Source: an uncultured Gammaproteobacteria bacterium (lineage in GTDB: Bacteria; Pseudomonadota; Gammaproteobacteria; Steroidobacterales; Steroidobacteraceae). From it: 64,000 nucleotides of DNA. Shown piece after piece: positions 1 through 8,705 of the stretch. Below the pieces are notes generated by a model, which was given only the letters and a program-made list of their open reading frames with translations, ran no database searches and was not told the origin of the DNA. Within the stretch, counting starts at the first letter, position 1. Every line of letters starts with the position of its first letter. The DNA lies in the NCBI GenBank assembly GCA_963843985.1, contig CAWJMS010000033.1, positions 278,951 to 342,950 on the forward strand, read 5' to 3'. Made by a program: the position numbers and the translations under genes.

Positions 1-212
1 TGGCAGACCGCGCAGTTGCGCCGGTAGTGGTCGGCGCCGGGCAAAGTCTCGCGGTCGACGACCTTGGCGTCCTTGTCCTTGACTACCATCGCGTCCTTGA
101 ACGCGGCCAATTCAGCGGCCTCCTCTTCCGCGGTCTTGTCCGCGAAGGACGACGGCGCGCCCGCGAGGAGCAACGAGGACAGCACGACCAGGGCCAGGGA
201 AGACCTGCGCAT
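1..212 (-). CDS. c-type cytochrome, N-terminal part (gene runs off the window start)
   Basis: Minus-strand reading from ATG at 212 gives MRRSSLALVVLSSLLLAGAPSSFADK..., a signal-peptide-like N-terminus. It reaches the window edge at ...HYRRNCAVC(H), a CxxCH haem-c motif. Confidence 0.5.
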   Translation of the reverse strand, partial: MRRSSLALVVLSSLLLAGAPSSFADKTAEEEAAELAAFKDAMVVKDKDAKVVDRETLPGADHYRRNCAVC

Positions 213-253
213 CGCAATCACCTTCTGCGAAGAATATCGTCGATTTGCCGGGC

Positions 254-778
254 TCAGCGCATCCGGCGGATCGGCTCGTTGCCATCCCAGCCCTGCGCGG
301 CGTCGCGCACGAGCTGGAAGAATCCCGTGATCGCGGGCCCGGCTTCGATCAGTTCGATCATGGCGCCCGGGTGATCGTCGGTATCGACGTACGCGAAGCG
401 GATGCCCGTGCCGGTGTGGCCTTGCTGCACCGCTGCGATGCCGACCTTCTTCAGCCGGGCGAGATCGTCGGCCACCGAGTTCGTCATCACACCGAGGTGC
501 TGCAAGCCGCCCTGCCGGCGGCCCGCGAATTCGGTGTAGATCGACGGCGCGTCGTTGAACTGCTGGATCAGCTCGACCTGCACTTCGCCCCATTGCGCCA
601 GTCCGACCGACATGTCGATGTCGGTCGGCTTGCCGCGATGGAGCACCTGCGCGAACTTCACGTGCTCGAGCACGAAGAACGGGCCGATGCCAACCTTGTC
701 CAGCCAATGACGCATGGCGTGCTCGAGGTCGGGGACGACGAACCCGAGTTGCATGACCGGTCCGAATTGCGCGGCCAT
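254..778 (-). CDS. VOC (glyoxalase/bleomycin-resistance/extradiol dioxygenase) family protein
   Basis: Intact 174-aa ORF. Two VOC-like half-domains are visible (LGFVVPDLEHAMRHW..., HLGVMTNSVADDLARLKKVG...). Family-level call from recall only. Confidence 0.7.
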   Translation of the reverse strand: MAAQFGPVMQLGFVVPDLEHAMRHWLDKVGIGPFFVLEHVKFAQVLHRGKPTDIDMSVGLAQWGEVQVELIQQFNDAPSIYTEFAGRRQGGLQHLGVMTNSVADDLARLKKVGIAAVQQGHTGTGIRFAYVDTDDHPGAMIELIEAGPAITGFFQLVRDAAQGWDGNEPIRRMR

Positions 779-781
779 GAG

Positions 782-2638
782 CTACTCCAGCCCCAGTTCT
801 TTGAGCAGGGCCACGCGCAGCCGGAACTTCTGGATCTTGCTGCTCGACATCGGCCACTCGGTGACGAAGCGCACGTGACGCGGCACCTTGAAGCTCGCGA
901 TCTCGCGGCGACAGAAATCGATCAGCTCCTTTTCGCTCGCCTTCTCGCCGGGCTTCAGCTCGACGAAGGCGGCCGGCACCTCGACGTATTTCGCATCGGG
1001 CACGCCGACGACCTGCGCGAGCTTCACGGCGTGGTGGCGGCCGAGCAGCCCCTCGATTTCGGCCGCGGCGACGTTTTCGCCGCCGACCTTCAGCATGTCC
1101 TTGAAACGGCCATGGAACATCACCGTGCCGTTGTCGTCCAGTGAACCGATATCGCCGGTGTGGAACCAGCCATCGTGATCGAGCGCCTGCGCCGTCTTCT
1201 CCGCATCCTTGTAATACCCGTCGAACAGCGAGTAACCGCGCACCAGCACCTCGCCGCGCAGGCCGGTCTTCACGTCCTCGCCAGTCTCGGGATTGATGAT
1301 GCGCAACTCGAGTCCCGGCAGTGGCCGGCCGAGACGCGTGATGCGCTGCGTCTCGGGCTCGTCCCACGCGCCCGTGCAGACGGTGCCCGCCGCCTCCGTC
1401 ATGCCGAAGCTGCCGACCTGCAGCGCCTGCGGCATCGCCTTCATGATCGGTTCGGCCACGCCCGGCGGCTGGACCGCGAAATTGCTGTTCATCAGCTTGA
1501 CGCGCGACAGGTCCGTGTCCGGGAACGTCGGATGGTAGATCAGGCCCTGCATGATCGTGACGAAGCTCGGGTAGAGCGCCGTCACCTTGTGCTTCTCGAG
1601 CATCTGCAGCGCGACGCCCGGATCGAAGAATCCCATCGTCAGGTAGCTGCCGCCCACGTCGAAGATGGCGAGCATGGGCAGCACCGCCGCGATGTGGAAC
1701 ATCGGCAGCGGCGACCACATGCGGTCGACGTGCGTCAGCCGGTAGCGATGCCGGCCGAGCGCGATGCTGTTGCGCACCATCGCTTCGTGCGTGATCAGGC
1801 AACCCTTCGGATTGGCGGTCGTGCCGGACGTGTAGAGCATCAACCCGATGTCGCGCACGCGCACGCGCAGCCGCGTCTCGTGCACTTGCCGGTCGTCGCG
1901 CGCCTCGCCGGCTGCAATGAACTCCTTTTCTCCGACGAAACCGGGGGCGTGTGACCTGCCGAGCAGCACGATGTTGCGCAGCTTCGGCGCCGCGGCAACC
2001 TTCAGCGACTCCGGATGCTTGTTCCGGTGCAGTTCCGGCAATGCCGTGTTGAGCCGTTCGACGAAGTTCACCGCGTCGGCCACCGCATCGGTGGTCACCA
2101 CGGTCACGATGTCGCCGTTCTCGATGACGTAGGCGAGTTCACTCGCCTTGTAGCGCGCGTTGATCGGCACGATGACGGCGCCACAGAATGCCGCGGCAAA
2201 CAGGATCTCCATGAACTCCGCGCAGGTGTGCATCAGGATGCCGACGTGGTCCCTCGGCCGGACCCCCATCGCCTGCAGGCTGCGCGCGCGCCGCAACGCT
2301 CGTTGTGCGAGTTCGGCATAGGTCAGCGATTGGTCCGGGAACACGAGCGCCGGCGTGTCGGGATAACGGTCCGCCGCCGTCAGCAGCACGTCGCCGATGG
2401 TCGTGACGTGAATTCGCGCGCGCGCCAGGTCCTCCCCCGAGTAGGGCTCGAAGGTCGCGTTCGCCCGCCGCCGCGAGGCCTGCTGGCCGGCAGCCGCGTG
2501 CGACGCAACCCGCACCTTGGGCCGCGCCTTGGCCAGCGGCCGTTTGCCCGGCACCGGCCGCCCGCGCTTGGCCACGACGGGCTTCGCACGCGCCTTGCCG
2601 GCGCGCGTCTTCGCACTGCTACGTTTCGCTTTCGCCAT
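782..2638 (-). CDS. AMP-dependent acyl-CoA synthetase/ligase with Lys/Arg/Ala-rich N-terminal tail
   Basis: Intact 618-aa ORF with AMP-binding motifs LMLYTSGTTANPKG, GWFHTGDIG and KDMLKVGGENV. A Shine-Dalgarno-like GAGGGAAG lies 7 nt upstream of the ATG at 2638. Confidence 0.85.
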   Translation of the reverse strand: MAKAKRSSAKTRAGKARAKPVVAKRGRPVPGKRPLAKARPKVRVASHAAAGQQASRRRANATFEPYSGEDLARARIHVTTIGDVLLTAADRYPDTPALVFPDQSLTYAELAQRALRRARSLQAMGVRPRDHVGILMHTCAEFMEILFAAAFCGAVIVPINARYKASELAYVIENGDIVTVVTTDAVADAVNFVERLNTALPELHRNKHPESLKVAAAPKLRNIVLLGRSHAPGFVGEKEFIAAGEARDDRQVHETRLRVRVRDIGLMLYTSGTTANPKGCLITHEAMVRNSIALGRHRYRLTHVDRMWSPLPMFHIAAVLPMLAIFDVGGSYLTMGFFDPGVALQMLEKHKVTALYPSFVTIMQGLIYHPTFPDTDLSRVKLMNSNFAVQPPGVAEPIMKAMPQALQVGSFGMTEAAGTVCTGAWDEPETQRITRLGRPLPGLELRIINPETGEDVKTGLRGEVLVRGYSLFDGYYKDAEKTAQALDHDGWFHTGDIGSLDDNGTVMFHGRFKDMLKVGGENVAAAEIEGLLGRHHAVKLAQVVGVPDAKYVEVPAAFVELKPGEKASEKELIDFCRREIASFKVPRHVRFVTEWPMSSSKIQKFRLRVALLKELGLE

Positions 2639-2789
2639 GTGTACTTCCCTCGCAGGCCGAAGATTACGTCGAGTGAACAGAAAAAAACAGACTGTCCTGT
2701 TTCTTTTTATCCCGCCCGCACCCTAAAGTTTCCGTCAGCGGCCGACCGGCCGTGCGACCAACCGTGCTGCAGCGCAACAGGACCCGACC

Positions 2790-3347
2790 ATGACCGATCT
2801 TGCCGCACTCGAACGACGCATCCGCCGCCTCGAAGACCGCGAGGCCATCGCCGAGTTGATCGCACGATACTGCCTCGTGATGGACAACCGCGACATGGAT
2901 GCGATGCCCGCCTTGTTCACGCCGGACTTCGTCGTGCGTTCCGCCGACGGCGTGATGAACACCGTGGGTCGCGAGGCCGCCGTGGAAATGTTCCGCGGAC
3001 GCTTCCAGGTGCTCGGCCCGAGCAACCACTTCACGCACGATCGCATCATCACCTTCGACGACGCGGATCCCGATCGGGCGTCCGGCTTCGTGCTCGCGCA
3101 CGCCGAAATGAATCGCAAGCAGCAGCCGATGCTCGCGGCGATCCGCTACGACGACGGCTACCGGCGCCACGAGGGCCGCTGGAAATTCGCCAGTCGCTCG
3201 CTCGCTTTCATGTACTACGTGCCGACGGCCGACTACCTCGACGCGTTCGGTCCCGGCATCGGCAAGCGCAACCGGGCGTACGACACCGCGGTCGCCGCCG
3301 ACTGGCCCGAGAAGCTGCCGACCTGGCGCAAGTATTACGGCAGCTAG
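2790..3347 (+). CDS. SnoaL-like / NTF2-fold family protein
   Basis: Intact 185-aa ORF. The N-terminus LERRIRRLEDREAIAELIARYCLVMDNRDMDAMPALFTPD is typical of SnoaL_4-type NTF2-like proteins. Confidence 0.65.
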   Translation: MTDLAALERRIRRLEDREAIAELIARYCLVMDNRDMDAMPALFTPDFVVRSADGVMNTVGREAAVEMFRGRFQVLGPSNHFTHDRIITFDDADPDRASGFVLAHAEMNRKQQPMLAAIRYDDGYRRHEGRWKFASRSLAFMYYVPTADYLDAFGPGIGKRNRAYDTAVAADWPEKLPTWRKYYGS

Positions 3348-3407
3348 GCCTCGCGGCACGCGCAAGCGCGGCTGCCACGGTTCGCGCGGCGATGCTAGAT
3401 TGCGCGC

Positions 3408-5216
3408 ATGAGCAACGCGAGCCACCTCGCCCGGGTGCAGGACCTGCTGCGTCGAGGCCAACACCCGGCCGCCGAAGCCGCGTGCCGCGACCTGCTGCGA
3501 GCACGGCCTGGCGACGCCGATGTGACGCACCTGCTCGGCATCGCCCGCAAGCAGGCCGGTGACTTCACCGCAGCCGAGCAATACTTGCGCACGAGCGTCG
3601 AGCTTGCGCCGCGACGTGCGGACTTTCGCCACAATCTCGCGAACCTGCTGCGCGCCCAGGGCCGTCACGGCGACGCCGAAGCCGAATTTCGCGCGGCGAT
3701 CGGCGCCGATCCCTCGTTCCGCCCGGCGCGGCTGGGGCTTGCCGGCCTCTACAACGCGGTCGGCCAGTACGCCCCGGCCGAGGCGGAAGCCCGCCGGCTC
3801 CTGGCGTCGAATGCGAAGGACGCCGATGCGTCGACGGCGCTCGGCGTCGCCTTGCGCGGCCAGGGGCGCCTTCCGGAGGCGGAAGCTGCGTACCGGGCTG
3901 CGCTCGCCATTGCGCCGAACGACGTCGTGGCCCGCCACAACCTGGGCGCGGTGCTCATGCAACTCGAGCGCGCCGAGGAATCGCTGGTCGAGCTCGACCG
4001 CGCCGCGGCCGCGGGACTCCGCGGCGCCGAGCTGGCTTTCAATCGCGGACGGGCGCTGTTCGACCTGTATCGCTTCGACGAGGCCGAGCGCGCTTTCGTG
4101 GAGGCGACCGCAGCGGCGCCGGGCGACGTGCGGAGCCACGTGCAGCTGGCCAAGCTTCGACACATGCGTGGGGACGAGGATTTCGGCCGCAGCTTGCGCG
4201 AGGCCGCCATCGCGCGACCGCGGGACCTGCGCCTGCACATCACGTACGGCGAGACACTGAGACGCGGCGGCGACCGCGCCGGCGCCGAGCGTGCGCTGCG
4301 ACCGCTGCTGCAGGATTCCGCGGGTCGCACGCCGCCGGTGCTGATGGCGCTGGCCGCGGTGCTGCACGAATCGGATCGCGTGCCCGAGGCGCTGGCGTTC
4401 GCTCGCGAAGCGAGCGCCCGGGACGCCGGCGACCCGACGATTGCCGATGGACTCGTGTCGATCCTGCTGTCGTCGGGAGCGGCCGACGAAGCCTGGCCGA
4501 TCATCGAACGCGAGCAGGGGCGCGCTCCGCTGCACCAGGGGTGGCTGGCGTATCGGGCGACGGCCGCGCGCCTGCTCGGCAGTGACGAGTACCGTCGTCT
4601 TTACGACTACGAAGCCTTCGTCCGTCCGTACGAACTCGAGCCGCCGCCGGGCTGGCCGACCATCGGCGCATTCCATGCCGAGTTGATTCCGGCGCTCGAA
4701 GCGCGGCATCGGCTCGAGGCCCACCCGCTCGACCAGAGCCTGCGTGGCGGCACGCAGACGGCGCGCAGCCTGCTGGCCGATCCGGAGCCGGTGATCCAGG
4801 CGTTCGTACGCGCGCTCGCGCCACCCATCGCGGCCTACCGCGAAGCGATCGGCTACGACGCGCAGCATCCGTTTCGCTCGCGCAATCGAGGCGCGACACG
4901 CCTGGCGGGCTGCTGGTCCGTGCGGCTGCGACGCGGCGGCTACCACGTGAACCACGTGCACCCCGAAGGCTGGATCAGTTCGGCGTATTACGTCAGCGTG
5001 CCGCCGGAAGTCTCCGACGAAACGGTCCGCAGCGGCTGGATCAAGTTCGGCGAACCGCGTTTCCCGGTGCCGGGAGCCCGCGCCGAGCACTTCGTGCAGC
5101 CGCGGCCGGGCCGCCTGGTGCTGTTTCCATCCTACATGTGGCACGGCACGACGCCGATCACCGGCGACGCGCCGCGCCTGTCGATCGCTTTCGACGCGGT
5201 CCCCGTCGGACCCTAG
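3408..5216 (+). CDS. TPR-repeat protein with C-terminal putative 2OG-Fe(II) oxygenase domain
   Basis: Intact 602-aa ORF. The N-terminal ~350 aa are repeated Ala/Leu/Arg-rich TPR-like helices. The C-terminus (GGYHVNHVHPEGWISSAYYVSVP ... LVLFPSYMWHGTTP ... RLSIAFD) matches the HxH/D...H pattern of the 2OG-FeII_Oxy_5/TIGR02466-type domain. Confidence 0.7.
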   Translation: MSNASHLARVQDLLRRGQHPAAEAACRDLLRARPGDADVTHLLGIARKQAGDFTAAEQYLRTSVELAPRRADFRHNLANLLRAQGRHGDAEAEFRAAIGADPSFRPARLGLAGLYNAVGQYAPAEAEARRLLASNAKDADASTALGVALRGQGRLPEAEAAYRAALAIAPNDVVARHNLGAVLMQLERAEESLVELDRAAAAGLRGAELAFNRGRALFDLYRFDEAERAFVEATAAAPGDVRSHVQLAKLRHMRGDEDFGRSLREAAIARPRDLRLHITYGETLRRGGDRAGAERALRPLLQDSAGRTPPVLMALAAVLHESDRVPEALAFAREASARDAGDPTIADGLVSILLSSGAADEAWPIIEREQGRAPLHQGWLAYRATAARLLGSDEYRRLYDYEAFVRPYELEPPPGWPTIGAFHAELIPALEARHRLEAHPLDQSLRGGTQTARSLLADPEPVIQAFVRALAPPIAAYREAIGYDAQHPFRSRNRGATRLAGCWSVRLRRGGYHVNHVHPEGWISSAYYVSVPPEVSDETVRSGWIKFGEPRFPVPGARAEHFVQPRPGRLVLFPSYMWHGTTPITGDAPRLSIAFDAVPVGP

Positions 5217-5273
5217 TCGGACCGCTGCTGGCGGGCTCAGCTGTTGAGCCTCGGCCGGCGCTAGCCTGCGACG

Positions 5274-5516
5274 ATGATCGACCTCGGCACGATTTCGGGC
5301 CTGCACGCGCACCGCCACGAGTTGCACGCGTATTGCCTCGGCTGCGACCGGTGGTCGACGTTGCCGCTTGCGAGGTTCATCGCGTCGGGACTCGGCGACC
5401 GGCGCCTGCCGCTCGCCGTACGTTGCGCGCGCTGCGGCGCGCGCGGCCGGTTGCAGGTGCGCCCGCCCATGCCGCAACGCACTGCATGCGGTTGGCTGGC
5501 CCCGCCGTCGGGCTAG
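5274..5516 (+). CDS. small CxxC...CxxC zinc-ribbon-like protein (paralogue of 24343..24603)
   Basis: 80-aa ORF, MIDLGTISGLHAHRHELHAYCLGCDRW...VRCARCGARGRLQVRPPMP. It has about two-thirds identity (by eye) to the 86-aa ORF at 24343, including the first 7 codons and both Cys pairs. Confidence 0.5.
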   Translation: MIDLGTISGLHAHRHELHAYCLGCDRWSTLPLARFIASGLGDRRLPLAVRCARCGARGRLQVRPPMPQRTACGWLAPPSG

Positions 5517-5597
5517 CGCGCTTGTACGGCGCAAATTTGACAGTCTGCGAAGACCTCGGGAGGATCGGCAGTCCATCCTGCGTCCGCGATCCTGCCG

Positions 5598-6755
5598 ATG
5601 CGTTTCAAGCCGGCCCGGTTTGCTCTCCTGCTGCTGCTGGCATTCGTGCTGTCGGCAGCCATGCTGGCCGCGTTCCTGCCCGAGATCCGCCGTGCCTACT
5701 GGGCATGGTCGGCACCCACGAGCCCGAACCAGCATGCGGCGCAGGTAACGCGCATCGTCCCGCGCAACACCCCGTACGATCAGTGGATCGCACAGGCGAA
5801 AAAGCGGATCCCTGTCTTTGAGGGGCTCGTGATCCAGGATGTGCGGACGGTTGCGCTGCAGGCGTGGCCGGAGATCGGAGTTGGAGTCAATGGACTCTAC
5901 CTGCGCTTAGCCGATTACCAGTTGACCGACGGTCGCCTGCTGGAGCTGGGTGTGCACGGCCGCACCCACCCCGCGCGTCACCTGTTCGAGGCCGACGTCT
6001 ACTTCCTCTCCGGGAGCGGGCACACGCTCTTTTTCCGCGACGGCGCCGAGCCGCTCAGGATCGACTGGCGCGCGGGAAGCCTGGTCGCGATCCCGCTCAA
6101 CGTGCGCTACCAGCATTTCAACGACGACGACGAACCCGCCCGCTTGCTGTCGGTGACGAGCTTTCCGTTCATTATCAACTCCATGGCCAGCGAGTCTTTC
6201 GTCACGGAGAACCCTTACCAATTCGCCGACCGCTTCGACGGCCGTGACGACTACTTTCGCGAAGCCCGTCCGGCCGGCGACCGGCGCGGCGCCACGAATT
6301 TCGTCCCCGACGTCGGCACGGCGAAGATGTACCCGTACGACGAACGCGGAGAGGGCGCGACGACGACGCGATGGACGATGGCGGGCAACACACAACTCGA
6401 CCTGCATGCGTCCGAAATCCCGCCGCACAGCCACCTCAAGGCGCACCGGCACAGCAGCGACGCCTTCATCCTGATCCTCGGCGGCAAAGGCTATTCGTTG
6501 ATCTGGCGCGGCGACGACGTCCAGCACCGCCAGCGGTTCGACTGGCGCAAGGGCACGCTGTTCGTCCCGCCGACGTACTGGTACCACCAGCATTTCAACA
6601 CCGGCGCCGAGCCGTCGCGACACCTTGCACTCAACGCGCCCGCGCTCGTCCAGAACCTCGGCTTGCGTTTCGGGGACGAGCTCGACCGCGACGCGCCGCC
6701 GATCCGCGACGAGTGGCAACGCGAGCTCGCGCATGCGCACGTCGGCGCGCAGTGA
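5598..6755 (+). CDS. bicupin-type protein with N-terminal signal/anchor helix
   Basis: Intact 385-aa ORF with hydrophobic N-terminus (FALLLLLAFVLSAAMLAAFL). Two cupin-like halves are present; the second has a His-rich motif (EIPPHSHLKAHRHSSDAFILILGGKG ... YWYHQHFN). Confidence 0.55.
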   Translation: MRFKPARFALLLLLAFVLSAAMLAAFLPEIRRAYWAWSAPTSPNQHAAQVTRIVPRNTPYDQWIAQAKKRIPVFEGLVIQDVRTVALQAWPEIGVGVNGLYLRLADYQLTDGRLLELGVHGRTHPARHLFEADVYFLSGSGHTLFFRDGAEPLRIDWRAGSLVAIPLNVRYQHFNDDDEPARLLSVTSFPFIINSMASESFVTENPYQFADRFDGRDDYFREARPAGDRRGATNFVPDVGTAKMYPYDERGEGATTTRWTMAGNTQLDLHASEIPPHSHLKAHRHSSDAFILILGGKGYSLIWRGDDVQHRQRFDWRKGTLFVPPTYWYHQHFNTGAEPSRHLALNAPALVQNLGLRFGDELDRDAPPIRDEWQRELAHAHVGAQ

Positions 6756-6758
6756 CGT

Positions 6759-8519
6759 TCATCCGGCGCCGGACGATCGCTCCGTCGGGACGGATTCGAC
6801 GCTTGTCCTGGAATCGGTGACCAGCGTCCCGTCCGCCATCCAGTAAAGGCGATCGGCGTGCTGCATGACCCGCTGGTCGTGCGACACCACCAGCAGGCTC
6901 GTCGTCTGCTTCAGGCGCTCGAGCAGGTCGAGCAACGCGTCGACGCTCGCCGTGTCCAGGTTGTTCGTGGGTTCGTCGAGCACCAGCAATTGCGGGTCGC
7001 GCAGCAGCGCCCGTGCGATGCAGATGCGCTGGCGCTCGCCGCCCGACAGCAGAACCCCGCGCTCGCCGACCCTGCCGTCGATCCCGCCGCGGCGCGCCTC
7101 GACGAAGGAGCGGCCGTTCACCGCGTCGAGCACGTCCCACAGCTGCCGCTCGGTGGCCGCCGGCCGCACGCAGAGCAGGTTGGCGCGGATCGAGTCATTG
7201 AACAGAAAGCTCTCCTGCGGCACCAGCGCGGTCTCGCGGCGCCAGCGAATGCGGTCGCGCTCATCGAGCGGGCGACCATCGAGCAGCAGGCTGCCCGTGC
7301 CGGGCGGCAGCAGCCCGGTCGCCACGTCCACGACCGTGCTCTTGCCCGCGCCCGAATTCCCGCCGATCGCCGTGAGCCCACCCTTTTCGATCCGCAGCGT
7401 GACGGCGCGCAAGGCCGGCTCGTGCGACGGGTGATAGCGGAACGTGACGTCCCGCAGTTCGAGCGAATGCTCGAGCTTCAGCCTCGGCAGGCCGTCGCCG
7501 ACGACGGCCTTTTCCTCGTGCTCCTTCAGCTCGTCGACCAGGTCGAGATAGTGGCGGAAGCTCGGGACGAGCCCGACGAATCGCTGCAACTGGTTCTGGA
7601 ACAGCCCGATCGTCGGGAACAGGCGTATGAATACCAGCAGCAGCACGATGAACCGCGCCGGATGGATGTGAAAACGCGTGAGCCCGACGTAGACCATGGC
7701 CGCCAGCAACACCGCCGCGACGGTCTCGAACACGAGCGACGAGCGCGCGGACAGTCGGGTCAGCTGCACCGCGACCTCACCCGCCTGGTTGGATCGAGCC
7801 CGATAATCCGCGACGAACCGCTCCGTCAGGCCGAGCGAGCGCGCCGTGCGCAGGCCCTGGATGTGCTCGATCAGGTTGTTGATCATGCTCGAGCGCACGC
7901 GCAGTTGCTGCCGGCTGAGGAGGTGCGTGCGACGGATCAGCGGCCGCATTGCCAGGACCGCCAGGGCGCCGCAGACGAATGCGAACAGGGTCATCTCGCG
8001 GGACAACACCAGCGCGACGACGAAATAGACGCCGAGCCGCAGCACCGTGGAAACCAGCTGGAAAAGGACGTCGACGGCGTCCTGCACCCGGCGGATCTCC
8101 CCCTGCGTCGCCTGCACGAACTCGGACGTCCTGAGCTTCTGCAGCCAGTAGAGTTCCGTGCGCGAGAGCGTCTCGTACAAGCGATGACGCAGCGAGGTCT
8201 GGAACGTCTGCTCCACTTCGACCTGCCAGGTTTCGCGCCGCCAGTTGAGGAGCGCGCGAGCGCAGATCACTGTTGCGAACAACGCGAGCCCCGTCTCGAG
8301 CGTGAGCGTGAGGCCCATGCGGTCGAGCGCCGCGTTCAAGCGCTGCCAGATGGAGTTGTCGGCCACGCCCGGCGCGAGGCCGAGCAGCCCGAGGAGCGGC
8401 AGGATCAGCAGCAGCCCGACACCCGTGATGCTGGTCAGCAGCGCATCGAGCAGCAGCACCGCCACCAGCTTGAAGCGGCTCCCTTCGAAGCAACTTCGCG
8501 CCAGTTCCACGAAATCCAT
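6759..8519 (-). CDS. ABC exporter, fused permease/ATPase (type I exporter fold)
   Basis: N-terminal 6-TM-like region, then Walker A GGNSGAGKST, signature LSGGERQR and Walker B LLVLDEPT. The ORF track starts at 8636; I prefer the internal ATG at 8519 (MDFVELARS...). No C39 peptidase domain. Confidence 0.85.
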   Translation of the reverse strand: MDFVELARSCFEGSRFKLVAVLLLDALLTSITGVGLLLILPLLGLLGLAPGVADNSIWQRLNAALDRMGLTLTLETGLALFATVICARALLNWRRETWQVEVEQTFQTSLRHRLYETLSRTELYWLQKLRTSEFVQATQGEIRRVQDAVDVLFQLVSTVLRLGVYFVVALVLSREMTLFAFVCGALAVLAMRPLIRRTHLLSRQQLRVRSSMINNLIEHIQGLRTARSLGLTERFVADYRARSNQAGEVAVQLTRLSARSSLVFETVAAVLLAAMVYVGLTRFHIHPARFIVLLLVFIRLFPTIGLFQNQLQRFVGLVPSFRHYLDLVDELKEHEEKAVVGDGLPRLKLEHSLELRDVTFRYHPSHEPALRAVTLRIEKGGLTAIGGNSGAGKSTVVDVATGLLPPGTGSLLLDGRPLDERDRIRWRRETALVPQESFLFNDSIRANLLCVRPAATERQLWDVLDAVNGRSFVEARRGGIDGRVGERGVLLSGGERQRICIARALLRDPQLLVLDEPTNNLDTASVDALLDLLERLKQTTSLLVVSHDQRVMQHADRLYWMADGTLVTDSRTSVESVPTERSSGAG

Positions 8520-8705
8520 GCCGCGTCGACGTGTCGCGCCGCGATTCGACATAAGCCAGCCAGTGTCCCCACGCTGATGACGGACCGGACGCCTGTTCAT
8601 GCGAACCGGGAGGTTCCCCTCCCAAAGCCCGGACAAGCCTTGGGATAGTAGGCTACGCGCTCGCCGGAAAATGTGTGATGCTCACCCCGGGCGAGCGAAC
8701 CTGCA

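Noticed and set aside
2664-5735. Very long antisense or off-frame ORFs. Examples: 2664..5735 minus (1023 aa), 41239..44727 minus (1162 aa), 35724..37820 plus (698 aa), 35200..38067 minus (955 aa) and 2015..3562 plus.
   Set aside because: They are Arg/Ala/Gly/Pro-rich low-complexity translations lying opposite or out of frame to genes with unmistakable homology (TPR-oxygenase, gspE/F, clpA). Stop-poor alternative frames are expected in GC-rich DNA.
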